Shown here: piece after piece, positions 1 to 9,591 of the stretch
Position numbering within the stretch: position 1 is the stretch's first letter
How the letters are laid out: each line of letters opens with the position of its first letter
Assembly (NCBI GenBank): GCA_963771275.1
Contig: CAVYSW010000010.1
Span: forward strand, 780,201 to 844,200
Reading direction: 5' to 3'
Length of the DNA stretch: 64,000 nt
Origin: an uncultured Gemmatimonadales bacterium
Lineage (GTDB): Bacteria; Gemmatimonadota; Gemmatimonadetes; Gemmatimonadales; GWC2-71-9
The notes under the pieces: model-generated
Databases searched by the model: none
Seen by the model: the letters and a program-made list of their open reading frames with translations, nothing else
Told to the model about the DNA's origin: nothing
Position numbers and translations under genes: made by a program

Positions 1-1293
1 CGCCACCTGGGCGAGCGGGCGCGCGTCCATCCCGACGTTCAGCTCCACCAGGTATGCCACGACGTCCGCCCCCTGCGACGTCGTCGGGCCGGGCGCGACG
101 TCCACGCGGACCCTGCCGCCCGGCAGGCCGAGCCCCGGCAGCAGTCGGGTGACCGCCTTCCCCAGGCGCGCTGCCGCCTTGCCCCGCTTGGCGGTGAGCG
201 CCTCCGCGGCGGCGGCCAGGCGGCGGTCCGCGGCCAAGCGCCGCTCCCGCAGACCGGCCAGATCGAGCGTCCGGGTGTCGAGCAGCTCCAGCTCCCGCCG
301 GGCTTCGTCGCCGGTGCGGAGCACGTCCTCGATCGTCGGGCCGTACTTCTGCATGAGCCGGAACAGCAGGTCGCGACGCCGCTCGACCTGCTCCAGGCGC
401 GCGGGATCAAGATCCAGCTCCGAGGCATAGTCGCGCACCGCCCGCCCGAGCTCGTCCGCCTGGGCGAGCGCTCCATCAAGCAGCTCGCGCCACCGGCCGA
501 CGGACGGATCGAGGCGCTCGAGCTGGGTCAGCGCGCGGTCGGCGCCGCCGAGGCGCGTGATCGCTCCCTGGTCCTCGTCGTCCAGCAGATCGGCGAGCTG
601 GCCCGAGAGGCGGATCAGCTCCTCGCCCGCCGCGAGGCGCTTGGCGTCGGTAGCGAGTGTCTCGTCCTCGCCGGGCCTGGGGGCCGCGGCCGCGATCTCC
701 TGGCTCACGTGGCGCAGGTAGTCGGCCCGGCGCTCGATCTCCCCGTGCCGGGCGACCAGTGCCGCCTCCGCTTCCCGCGCCGTCTGCGCGTCCGCAAACG
801 CCGCCGCGACGGCATCGCGCTCGCCCTCGGCTTCGGCGAAGGCGTCGAGCAGGGTCCGCTGCTCGGCGGGCCGCAGCAGGGACTGCGCTTCATGCTGTCC
901 ATGGAGGTCCACCAGCACGCTGCCGAGCTCGGCCAGGGTGGCAACGGTCGTTGGAGCGCCATTGGCCCACGCGCGGTTGGGCCCGTCCGAGCGCAGCTCG
1001 CGGCGCACGACGAGCCGCCCGTGCTCCAGCTCGATACCGGCCGGCCCCGCACGCGCCGCGAGCGCCGCTCCGGCGCGCCCGGTGGGCTCGAACGCCGCTT
1101 CCACCGCGGCCCGGTCGGCACCGGGCCGCACCCGATCGCCGGTCGCGCGTTCGCCGAGCAGCAGGGCCAGCGCGTCGACCAGCATGGACTTCCCGGCACC
1201 GGTCTCGCCGGTCAGCACGTTGAGGCCAGGTGCGAGATGCAGGGAGGCATCCGCGATCACCGCCAGATCGCGGACGCGGAGCTCGGTCAGCAC
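1..1293 (-). CDS. recN: DNA repair protein RecN (3' end outside window)
   Basis: Manual translation from GTG at 1293: MLTELRVRDLAVIADASLHLAPGLNVLTGETGAGKSMLVDAL (Walker A) ... VDLHGQHEAQSLL; follows NAD kinase as usual. Absent from the ORF track because it has no stop in the window. Confidence 0.95.
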   Translation of the reverse strand, partial: MLTELRVRDLAVIADASLHLAPGLNVLTGETGAGKSMLVDALALLLGERATGDRVRPGADRAAVEAAFEPTGRAGAALAARAGPAGIELEHGRLVVRRELRSDGPNRAWANGAPTTVATLAELGSVLVDLHGQHEAQSLLRPAEQRTLLDAFAEAEGERDAVAAAFADAQTAREAEAALVARHGEIERRADYLRHVSQEIAAAAPRPGEDETLATDAKRLAAGEELIRLSGQLADLLDDEDQGAITRLGGADRALTQLERLDPSVGRWRELLDGALAQADELGRAVRDYASELDLDPARLEQVERRRDLLFRLMQKYGPTIEDVLRTGDEARRELELLDTRTLDLAGLRERRLAADRRLAAAAEALTAKRGKAAARLGKAVTRLLPGLGLPGGRVRVDVAPGPTTSQGADVVAYLVELNVGMDARPLAQVA

Positions 1294-1295
1294 GC

Positions 1296-2171
1296 TCAGG
1301 CCCGTTCGCGGTCGGTCAGGTCACCCCATTGCAGCATCCGGCGCATGCGGGCAAAGAAGCCGCCCGATCCGAGCCGGACGAGCCGGGCATCGTAGCTGCC
1401 GCGCGTCACGGTCAGCCGGGCCCCCTCGCCGAGCGATTCGCCCACCTGGCCGTCGTACGAGACGATCACGTCCTCCTCGCCGATCGGCGGCAGCACCTCG
1501 ACCGTGATGCGCGCGCTCGCCGGCACGACGATCGGTCGCACTGCGAGCGTATGGGGACAGATCGGCGTCACGACGAAGGCGTCGACGGCCGGCACCACGA
1601 CCGGACCACCGGCGCTCAGCGAGTAGGCCGTCGACCCGGTGGGCGTCGCCACGATCAGGCCGTCGGACGCGAACGCGCCGATCTCCTCGTCGTTGAGCAG
1701 CAGGCGGAGCCGGATCACCCGGGAGACCCCGGCCTTGTGCACCACCACGTCGTTCAGGGCCGTGGCCTGGCGATGGACCTGCCCGCGGGCATCGACCGTC
1801 GCGGCCGCGAGGGTGCTGTGCGTCTCGACGTGGTAGTCGCCGCGCACGGCCGCCGCGAGCGCGGCGTCCAGCGTGCCGGGCACGGCAGTCGTGAGGAATC
1901 CGACCATGCCGATCTTCACGCCGAGGATCGGAATCCCGTGCGGGCTCACGAGGCGCGCCGTGCGGAGCAGCGTCCCGTCGCCCCCGAAGCACACCACCAG
2001 GTCGGGCCGGCGTCCGGTCAGATCCAGCGCGGGCACGGGCGTGCTCCACACCTCCGCCAGATCGGGCTCGGATTGGAGCGCGAAGCCGTCCCGGGCCGCG
2101 GCGCGGGCGACCTGCTCGAGCAGGGCCCGCAGGCCGTCGTAGCGGGGGTTCCCGGTGACGCCGAGGATCAT
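1296..2171 (-). CDS. nadK: NAD(+) kinase
   Basis: GGDGTLL, LNDVVV and DGLIVATPTGSTAYSLSAGGP motifs; ATG overlaps the dxs stop. Confidence 0.95.
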   Translation of the reverse strand: MILGVTGNPRYDGLRALLEQVARAAARDGFALQSEPDLAEVWSTPVPALDLTGRRPDLVVCFGGDGTLLRTARLVSPHGIPILGVKIGMVGFLTTAVPGTLDAALAAAVRGDYHVETHSTLAAATVDARGQVHRQATALNDVVVHKAGVSRVIRLRLLLNDEEIGAFASDGLIVATPTGSTAYSLSAGGPVVVPAVDAFVVTPICPHTLAVRPIVVPASARITVEVLPPIGEEDVIVSYDGQVGESLGEGARLTVTRGSYDARLVRLGSGGFFARMRRMLQWGDLTDRERA

Positions 2172-4066
2172 CGGGCCGAGAGGCTCTCCCGTTCGGCGAG
2201 GGCCCGCACCCTGGCGGCAATGCCCGCGGCGTCGAGGCCCGCGTCCGCGAGCTGGGCCGACCGGCCGGCGTGCTCCCACGTGCGGTCCGCGACGCCGAGC
2301 GTGCTGACGCGGACATCGGGGGCGAGTTCGCCCACATGCACGGCCACCATGGCGCCGAAGCCGTTCACGACCACGCCGTCCTCGACCGTGACGAGCACCC
2401 GGTGGTCCTGCACCAGGAGCTCCAGCAGCGCGTGATCCATCGGCTTGAGAAACCGGCAGCTTACCACCGACACGTCGAGCCCGTCGGCGCGCAGCAGCTC
2501 CGCCGCGCCCAGGGCCGGCTCGCACATCACGCCCACGGCGAGAATCGCGCAGTCGCGTCCCTGCCGCAGCACCTCCCACGACCCGTACGGCAGCGCGCCC
2601 ACGTCCGCCACCGGCGGAACGACGCCCGGCACGTTGTCCCGCGGGTAGCGGATGGCGAACGGCCCGTCGTGCGCCAGCGCGCCGCGCAACAGCCCGATCA
2701 GCTCGGCGGCGTCGCGCGGCGCCGTGACCGTCATGTTGGGCACGGCGAGCATGTAGGCGATGTCGTACAGTCCCATATGGGTCTGGCCGTCCGCGCCGAC
2801 CATGCCGGCGCGGTCGAGGCAGAACGTGACCGGCAGGTTCTGAATCGCCACGTCATGGATCACGCCGTCGTAGGCCCGCTGCAGGAACGTCGAGTAGATC
2901 GCGACGACCGGCCGCAGCCCCTGCGTCGCGAGCCCCGCCGCGAACGTGGTGGCGTGTCCCTCGGCGATGCCCACGTCGAAGAACCGGGCGGGCCAGCGCT
3001 GCTCGAACGCGTTCGTGCCGGTGCCGGAGGGCATCGCCGCCGTGATCGCCACGATCCGCTCGTCCTCGCCGGCGAGGGCGGCGAGCGCCTCGCCGAACAC
3101 CTTGGTCCAGGCCGACCCCGGGTTCTTCACCGGCCGCAACACACCGGTCTGCGGATCGTAGGGGTTCCGCGCGTGGAACTTCTCGCGGTCCGGCTCGCTG
3201 AGCGGGAAGCCCCGGCCCTTTTCGGTCAGAACGTGCATCAGCCGCGGGCCCTTCAGAGTCCGCACCAGGTCGAGCGTGCGCAGCAGGGCGGGAATGTCGT
3301 GACCGTTGATCGGACCGAAGTAGCGGAACCCCAGCTCCTCGAACAGCATGCCGGGCGACCAGAGGTTCTTGATGCTCTCTTCGACCGTCTTCGCGAGATC
3401 GATCATGCGCTGGCCGCCCACGACGTGCGACGCGCGCTCGATGATGTGCTTCACGCCCTCCCGCATCCGGTTGGCCAGCGGGCTCGCGATCGCGGAGCCG
3501 AGGTACTTGTGGATCGCCCCGACATTCGGGGCGATCGACATGCCGTTGTCGTTGAGGACGATCAGCAGATCGCGGTGCGAGTGGCCCGCGTTGTTCAAGC
3601 CCTCGTAGGGGAGCCCGCACGTCATGGCGCCGTCACCCACCACCGCCACCACCTGGAACTGCTCGCCCTGAAGATCGCGCGCGACCGCGATCCCCAGCGC
3701 CGCCGAGATCGCGGTGCCCGCGTGCCCGGCCCCGAACACGTCATGCTCGCTCTCGACCCGGCGCAAAAAGCCGGAGAGGCCGCCGGCCTGCCGCAGCGTC
3801 GGCAGCCGGGCGTTCCGGCCGGTAAGCACCTTCCACGGATAGCCCTGGTGCCCCACGTCCCACACGATCCGGTCGCGCGGCGAATCGAAGCTGTAGAGCA
3901 GCGCGACGGTGAGCTCGACGACCCCGAGCCCTGCCCCGATGTGGCCGCCGGTCTGCGACACCACGTCGATCAGGCGCTGGCGCACCTCATCCGCGACCGC
4001 CGGCAGCTGCTCGCGCGGCAGGCGCTTGAGGTCCTCGGGGCCTTGGATCGAGTCGAGTAGGCTCAT
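2168..4066 (-). CDS. dxs: 1-deoxy-D-xylulose-5-phosphate synthase
   Basis: GGHIGAGLGVVELT, WDVGHQ, GDGAMT..LNDN, FDVGIAEGHA, YSTFLQRAYD motifs. Confidence 0.97.
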   Translation of the reverse strand: MSLLDSIQGPEDLKRLPREQLPAVADEVRQRLIDVVSQTGGHIGAGLGVVELTVALLYSFDSPRDRIVWDVGHQGYPWKVLTGRNARLPTLRQAGGLSGFLRRVESEHDVFGAGHAGTAISAALGIAVARDLQGEQFQVVAVVGDGAMTCGLPYEGLNNAGHSHRDLLIVLNDNGMSIAPNVGAIHKYLGSAIASPLANRMREGVKHIIERASHVVGGQRMIDLAKTVEESIKNLWSPGMLFEELGFRYFGPINGHDIPALLRTLDLVRTLKGPRLMHVLTEKGRGFPLSEPDREKFHARNPYDPQTGVLRPVKNPGSAWTKVFGEALAALAGEDERIVAITAAMPSGTGTNAFEQRWPARFFDVGIAEGHATTFAAGLATQGLRPVVAIYSTFLQRAYDGVIHDVAIQNLPVTFCLDRAGMVGADGQTHMGLYDIAYMLAVPNMTVTAPRDAAELIGLLRGALAHDGPFAIRYPRDNVPGVVPPVADVGALPYGSWEVLRQGRDCAILAVGVMCEPALGAAELLRADGLDVSVVSCRFLKPMDHALLELLVQDHRVLVTVEDGVVVNGFGAMVAVHVGELAPDVRVSTLGVADRTWEHAGRSAQLADAGLDAAGIAARVRALAERESLSAR

Positions 4067-4134
4067 GGGGGCGCTACGCTGGTTTCCGTCCGCACCGCTC
4101 AATCACGGCTCCCTCATCGCTGTTCCGCGCCCCC

Positions 4135-5046
4135 TCACGAGCGCCGATTCACCACGAACCGGGCGAGGCCCGGCAGCAGGGTGGAATCTATCCCGGCCGC
4201 CCCGAGACGGTCCACCGCGCGGTCCACCGCGGCCCGCGCCTCCGCCAGCGCGCCGTCCGGCCCGAGCAGCGCGCTGAACGTCGCCTTCCGCTGCCGCGCG
4301 TCCTTGCCGGCCGTCTTGCCGAGCCGAACCGAGCTCTCGGTCACGTCCAGCACGTCGTCCACGATCTGGAACGCCAGCCCGAGCTCCGCCCCGTAGGCCC
4401 GGACCGCCGCGAGGCGTTCGTTGGTGAGCCCCGCCGCGAGCCCGCCGATTGCCGCGCTCGCGGCGATCATCGCGCCGGTCTTGGCGCGGTGGAGCGCGAT
4501 CACCGCCGCCAGGTCGAGCGCGCAGCCCTCGGCCGCCAGGTCGAGCACCTGCCCGCCGATCATGCCGCCCACGCCGGCAGCCTGGAACAGGGCCCGCACC
4601 ACCACCCGCCGCGGGTCCGTCGCCATCCCCAGGCGCTCGCAGCCCGCCGCGGCCATCCACGCGGCGAGCGGCACCATGCGGAACCCGGCCTCCGCGGCCA
4701 CGCCGGCCCCGAATACGCGGTGCACCGTCGGCCGCCCGCGCCGCAGCGCGTCGTCGTCCATGCAGGGCAGATCGTCGTGCACCAGCGAGTAGGTGTGCAC
4801 CACCTCGATGGCGGCGGCGAGCTCGGCCGCGTCCCCGCGCCCGCCGACCTCGCGGTGGATCGCGAGGGTCAGCCCCGGTCGGAGCCGCTTGCCGGGTCCC
4901 TCGAGGGCGTACACGATGGCTTCACCCACCGGCCCGGGATACGCCGCGCGAATGCGGGGGTGCCAGGCCGCGAGCGCCGCGTTCACCGCCGCGCGCGCGC
5001 CGGCCAGGAAGGCCGCCGCGTCAGGCGTCGAGGTCGCCGGTGACAA
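4135..5046 (-). CDS. ispA: Polyprenyl (farnesyl/geranylgeranyl) diphosphate synthase; start approximate (TTG)
   Basis: GKRLRP, HTYSLVHDDLPCMDDDALRRGRPT, FQIVDDVLD, GKTAGKD; xseB-ispA-dxs synteny. Confidence 0.92.
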   Translation of the reverse strand: MSPATSTPDAAAFLAGARAAVNAALAAWHPRIRAAYPGPVGEAIVYALEGPGKRLRPGLTLAIHREVGGRGDAAELAAAIEVVHTYSLVHDDLPCMDDDALRRGRPTVHRVFGAGVAAEAGFRMVPLAAWMAAAGCERLGMATDPRRVVVRALFQAAGVGGMIGGQVLDLAAEGCALDLAAVIALHRAKTGAMIAASAAIGGLAAGLTNERLAAVRAYGAELGLAFQIVDDVLDVTESSVRLGKTAGKDARQRKATFSALLGPDGALAEARAAVDRAVDRLGAAGIDSTLLPGLARFVVNRRS

Positions 5047-5242
5047 TGGTGCCGTCCGCCTCAGCCAGCACTTTCTTGACCTGCTGCTCGCCCGCGGCGA
5101 GCAGCCCGCGCGCCACCTTGAGCTGCGCGATCCCGTCGGCGAACAGCGCCAGCGCGCGGTCCAGATCGAGGTCGTTGCGCTCGAGGTCCCGCACGATGGC
5201 CTCGAGCCGCTCGAGCGCCTCACCGAACGACGGTTGCGTCAT
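5021..5242 (-). CDS. xseB: Exodeoxyribonuclease VII small subunit
   Basis: SFGEALERLEAIVRDLE...LDRALALFADG; 73 aa. Confidence 0.93.
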   Translation of the reverse strand: MTQPSFGEALERLEAIVRDLERNDLDLDRALALFADGIAQLKVARGLLAAGEQQVKKVLAEADGTIVTGDLDA

Positions 5243-6408
5243 CAGGCCTCCTTCGGTCCGGCCACCCGGGCCGGCACGTCGCCGTCCGCGAGCGTGAGGC
5301 GGAACGGTGCTCCGGGGGTGAACTGCCCCACCCGGCGGAGCACGTGGCCGTCGGCGTCCCGGGCGACGGCGTAACCCCGCTCCAGCACGCGGAGCGGGCT
5401 CAGCGCCTGCAGCGTGCCGCCCAGCGCGTCGAGCCGCGCGCGCCCCCGCTCGAGCCGTCCGCTCAACGAGGCGCTCAGCCGGTCCGCCGTGCGCTCGAGC
5501 CGCTGCTGGCCGGCCTCGACCCGGCCGATGAGGCCGCCGGCGAGCCGTCGCGCGAGCCCGTTCACCTGCGCCAGCGTCGCCGTGCGATCCGGCACGACCG
5601 CCTCCGCCGCGGCCGAGGGGGTGGCGGCGCGCACGTCGGCCACGAGGTCGGTGAGCGAGACGTCGGTCTCATGGCCCACGGCGGACACCGTCGGCACGCG
5701 CACCGCGGCGACCGCACGGGCCACCGCCTCGCTGTTGAACGCCCAGAGGTCCTCGCGCGATCCACCGCCCCGGCCGACGATCACCACCTCCACGTCCAGC
5801 CGGTTCACCAGCGCGAGGGCGGCCCGCAGCTCGGCCTCCGCGGTCTCGCCCTGGACCCGCGCGGGCACCACCGTCAGGCGGGCCGCCGGCCAGCGGCGTC
5901 GCATCACCGCCACGATGTCCCGCAAGGCGGCGCCATCGGGGCTCGTCACGATGGCGATGCGCTCGGGGTAGCGCGGCAGCGGACGCTTCCGCGCGGGGTC
6001 GAGCAGCCCGTCCTGCGCCAGGGCCGCGCGGGCGCGCTCGAGCTTGAGCTGCCACATCCCCCCCGCGGTGGTCGGGATCACCTGGCGCACCGTGAGGCGG
6101 AACTCGCCGCGCTCCTCCCAGACCGTGGGCTGCGCTTCCGCGAAGATCGCGAGGCCGTCCGCGAGCGGCGCGTCGAGCCGCTGGTTGTCGGTGCGCCACA
6201 TGACGCAGCGCACCTGCGCCTGCCGGTCGCGCAGGGAGAAGTACCAATGGCCGCTCTGGTACGCCTTGAAGCCGGTCACCTCGCCGCGCACCCACAGACG
6301 CTCGAAGCCCGCCTCCAGCAGCTGGCGGGCCCGTTGGGTCACCTGCGAAACCGACCAGGCGCCTTCGGCGGGCGCCGCGCCGCTCGGGAAGAGCGTCAGC
6401 TCACCCAC
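5242..6408 (-). CDS. xseA: Exodeoxyribonuclease VII large subunit
   Basis: WVRGEVTGF..SGHWYFSLRD, GRGGGSREDLWAFN, SAVGHETD..D.RAATPSAAAE. Confidence 0.95.
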   Translation of the reverse strand: MGELTLFPSGAAPAEGAWSVSQVTQRARQLLEAGFERLWVRGEVTGFKAYQSGHWYFSLRDRQAQVRCVMWRTDNQRLDAPLADGLAIFAEAQPTVWEERGEFRLTVRQVIPTTAGGMWQLKLERARAALAQDGLLDPARKRPLPRYPERIAIVTSPDGAALRDIVAVMRRRWPAARLTVVPARVQGETAEAELRAALALVNRLDVEVVIVGRGGGSREDLWAFNSEAVARAVAAVRVPTVSAVGHETDVSLTDLVADVRAATPSAAAEAVVPDRTATLAQVNGLARRLAGGLIGRVEAGQQRLERTADRLSASLSGRLERGRARLDALGGTLQALSPLRVLERGYAVARDADGHVLRRVGQFTPGAPFRLTLADGDVPARVAGPKEA

Positions 6409-7280
6409 TGCCGCGCGGCCTGCACGGTGTTGTAGAGCAGCATCGTGATCGTCATCGGGCCGACGCCGCCGGGCACCGGAGTGATCGCGGCCGCCACCTC
6501 GCTCACCTCGTCGAACGCGACGTCGCCCACCAGCTTGTAGCCCTTGTCGCTGGCGGCGTCGTCCACCCGGTTCACCCCCACGTCGATCACCACCGCCCCG
6601 GGCCGCACCATGGCGCCCCGCACGAACTCGGGCTTCCCCATCGCCACGACGAGGATGTCGGCCAGCCGGGTCACCGCCCCGATGTCCCTGGTACGCGAGT
6701 GGCACACGGTGACGGTCGCATCCCCGCCCTTCCCCTTGTGCATCAGCAGCGCGGCCATCGGGCGCCCGACGATGTTGGACCGCCCCACGATCACGGCGTG
6801 CGCGCCCGCCGTCGCGATCCCCGACCGCACGAGGATCTGCTGCACGCCGTACGGCGTCGCCGGACGGAACCCCGTGGGATCGCCGATCGACACCTTGCCG
6901 ACGTTCTCGGGGTGGAACCCGTCCACGTCCTTGGTGGGCAGGATGCGGTGCAGCACGCGGGTCTCGTTGATCTGCGGCGGCAGGGGCAGCTGCACCAGCA
7001 TGCCGTGGATCTTCGGGTCCGCGTTCAGCCGGTCGATCACCGCCAGCAGCTCGGCCTCGGCGGCCTCCTTGGGGAGCCGGATCGTCTCGCTGTGCATGCC
7101 GGCCGCCTCGCACGCGCGGCCCTTCATCCGCACGTACACCTGGCTGGCGGGGTTCTCGCCCACCAGCACCACCGCGAGGCCGGGCTGCACACCCTGCGCC
7201 CGCAGCGCGTCGATCTCGGGCTGCAAGTCCGCCCGCATCGCATCGGCAATCTGCTTGCCGTCGAGGATTCTAGCGCGCAA
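6396..7280 (-). CDS. folD: Bifunctional methylene-THF dehydrogenase/cyclohydrolase
   Basis: ILDGKQIA, VQLPLP, KDVDGFHP, GRSNIVGRP, TPVPGGVGPMT. Confidence 0.97.
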   Translation of the reverse strand: MRARILDGKQIADAMRADLQPEIDALRAQGVQPGLAVVLVGENPASQVYVRMKGRACEAAGMHSETIRLPKEAAEAELLAVIDRLNADPKIHGMLVQLPLPPQINETRVLHRILPTKDVDGFHPENVGKVSIGDPTGFRPATPYGVQQILVRSGIATAGAHAVIVGRSNIVGRPMAALLMHKGKGGDATVTVCHSRTRDIGAVTRLADILVVAMGKPEFVRGAMVRPGAVVIDVGVNRVDDAASDKGYKLVGDVAFDEVSEVAAAITPVPGGVGPMTITMLLYNTVQAARQWVS

Positions 7281-8853
7281 AGTCGACCGACCTCGTTTCA
7301 CGGATCACGACGACCTTGATCTGTCCCGGATACTGCAGCTCGTTCTCGATGCGGCGCGCGATCTGGTCGCTCAGCGACGCCGCCTTGCCGTCGTCCACCA
7401 GCTCGGGGATCACGACGATGCGGATCTCGCGTCCCGCCTGGATCGCGTAGCACTTCTCGACGCCCTGGTAGCTCGTCGCGATCGACTCCAGGTTGGTGAG
7501 CCGCTTGACGTAGGTCTCGAACGCCTCGCGCCGCGCGCCGGGCCGCGAGCCGCTCACCGCGTCGGCCGCCTGCACGATCACCGAGATCGGCGACTCGTGC
7601 GCGACGTCGTCGTGGTGCGCCGCAACCGCGTTGACCACCAACGGGTGCTCCCCGTACTTGGTCGTCACTTCCACCCCGAGCTCGACGTGGGTTCCCTCGT
7701 GCGTGTGGGTCAGCACCTTCCCCACGTCGTGCAGCAGGGCGCCGCGCTTGGCGAGGTGCACGTCGAGCTTCAGCTCGGCGGCCATGATGCCCGCGAGCCA
7801 GGAGACCTCCTTGGAGTGCTGCAGGATGTTCTGGCCGTACGACGTGCGGTACTTCATCCGGCCGATCAGCTTGACCAGCTCGGCGTGCATCCCGTGGATG
7901 CCCAGCTCGTACACCGTCTGCTCGCCGACCTCGACGAGCTCCTTCTCGAGTCCGTCGCGCACCTGTGTCACGACTTCCTCGATCCGGCCCGGATGGATGC
8001 GGCCGTCGGCGATCAGCTGCTCGAGCGCGCGCCGCGCGACCTCGCGCCGCACCGGGTCGAAGCAGGACACCACGACCGTGTCGGGCGTGTCGTCGATGAT
8101 GACGTCCACGCCGGTGGCCGTCTCGAAGGCGCGGATGTTCCGTCCCTCGCGGCCGATGATCCGCCCCTTCATCTCGTCGTTGGGCAGGGCCACCGCCGAC
8201 ACCGTGGTCTCCGCGGTGTGCTCGGCGGCGATGCGCTGGATCGCGAGCGCCACGATCTTCTTGGCCTCGCGCTCCGCGTTCCGCTTGGCCTCTTCCTTGA
8301 GGTCCCGCACCGTGGCGGCGGCCGCGCTGCGGGCCTCGTCCTCGATCGCCCGGACCAGCTCCGCCTTGGCGTCCTGCGCACTCATCCCGGCAAGCGCCTC
8401 GAGCCGGCTCCGCGCCTCCGCCTGGAGGCGCTTGACCGCCTCCTCCCCCTCCTCGAGCTGCCGCCCCCGCTGGACGGCCGAGCGCTCCCGCCGTTCCAGC
8501 TCGCGATCCCGCTCCTCGAGCGTGTCGAGCTTCCGGTCGAGCAGCGTGGTGCGCTCCTCCATGCGCCGCTCGTGACGCTCGAGCTCCTCGCGCCGGCTCT
8601 GGGCCTCCCGCTCCCACTGCTCGCGGGCCCGGATGATCTCTTCCTTGGCGGCCAGCACCGCCTGGGCGCGCTCCGTCTCCGCCACGCGCCGCGCCTCCGC
8701 GAGGTGGCGCTCCGCCTGCTGCGCGCCGGTGCGGCCCGCGAGGTCCGCGCGCCGCCGCTCGGAACGCCCTCCCAGGAAGTGGAAAACCGCCGCGGCGAGG
8801 ACTCCGACACCGAGAACGGCGGCAAGCCAGAGGATGACCGGCGTTGAGACCAT
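7270..8853 (-). CDS. rny: Ribonuclease Y
   Basis: N-terminal TM, coiled coil, KH (MKGRIIGREGRNIR), HD (LLHDVGK), SRPGARRE. Confidence 0.97.
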   Translation of the reverse strand: MVSTPVILWLAAVLGVGVLAAAVFHFLGGRSERRRADLAGRTGAQQAERHLAEARRVAETERAQAVLAAKEEIIRAREQWEREAQSRREELERHERRMEERTTLLDRKLDTLEERDRELERRERSAVQRGRQLEEGEEAVKRLQAEARSRLEALAGMSAQDAKAELVRAIEDEARSAAAATVRDLKEEAKRNAEREAKKIVALAIQRIAAEHTAETTVSAVALPNDEMKGRIIGREGRNIRAFETATGVDVIIDDTPDTVVVSCFDPVRREVARRALEQLIADGRIHPGRIEEVVTQVRDGLEKELVEVGEQTVYELGIHGMHAELVKLIGRMKYRTSYGQNILQHSKEVSWLAGIMAAELKLDVHLAKRGALLHDVGKVLTHTHEGTHVELGVEVTTKYGEHPLVVNAVAAHHDDVAHESPISVIVQAADAVSGSRPGARREAFETYVKRLTNLESIATSYQGVEKCYAIQAGREIRIVVIPELVDDGKAASLSDQIARRIENELQYPGQIKVVVIRETRSVDFAR

Positions 8854-8959
8854 AGGGGGATCTATCTCCAGCGGCTGCTCCGCTCCCGTCGCCGAGCGGG
8901 CGCCGCGTCCTGTCCTGAACGGCCCGAGGACGCGCCCGTGCTACACCTGCCCCCCCAAG

Positions 8960-9295
8960 CTACGGCCCGTCGCCGGACGAGGCAAACGCCCCCGTCGCCC
9001 GGGACGCGCGCTTGGCTGGCGGGAGCAGCCGGGCCAGCTCGACGGTGAGCCGCTCCAACCGCTCCGTGATGTCCGCCTGCGCGGCGCGCGCCTGGAACAG
9101 CTCGTCGGCGATCGCGAGGGCCGCGAGAATCGCCGCCTTCTGCGACTCGACGATGGTCCCCGCGGACAGCACATCCTTGAGGGCCTTGTTCACGTGATCG
9201 GCCACCGCGCGGGTGTACTCCTCCGGCCGGTCGGAGCGGAGCGCGTACTCCTCCGACCCGATCCGGACCTTGACGAGCGTGCGGCTCGTGCTCAC
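8960..9295 (-). CDS. zapA: Cell division protein ZapA
   Basis: VKVRIGSEEYALRS...AAILAALAIADELF; pheT-zapA-rny synteny. Confidence 0.88.
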   Translation of the reverse strand: MSTSRTLVKVRIGSEEYALRSDRPEEYTRAVADHVNKALKDVLSAGTIVESQKAAILAALAIADELFQARAAQADITERLERLTVELARLLPPAKRASRATGAFASSGDGP

Positions 9296-9591
9296 CGGGG
9301 CTGGCCCTCCACGCCGACCTGCTGCTCGAGGAACCGCAGCCGCGCGTGGAGATGCTCCACCCGCTCGCGCGCCGCGCTGAGCCGCTCTTGCAGATCGGCG
9401 TTCACCTGCTCGAGCTCGAGGATCCGCTCGCGCGCGCCCACGACGTCGTGCCCGACCCCCAGCTCCGCGCGCTGGGTTTCGGCCTTGAGCGCGCGGCGAC
9501 GCCATGCGGCGAGCTCCTCCGCGATGTGACCGATCGCGGCTTCGAGCTCCCCCAGCGCACGCAGCTCAGGCCTGCCGGCGTTCGACTCCAA
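9292..9591 (-). CDS. Short coiled-coil protein (ZapB-like position)
   Basis: 99-aa helical heptad-rich ORF, translationally coupled between pheT and zapA. Confidence 0.65.
   Translation of the reverse strand: MESNAGRPELRALGELEAAIGHIAEELAAWRRRALKAETQRAELGVGHDVVGARERILELEQVNADLQERLSAARERVEHLHARLRFLEQQVGVEGQPR

Noticed and set aside
8854..8959. 6S RNA, often found downstream of zapA
   Set aside because: The gap is only about 105 nt. A GC hairpin (8897-8938) is present but I cannot support the long rod with a central bubble; it needs cmsearch.
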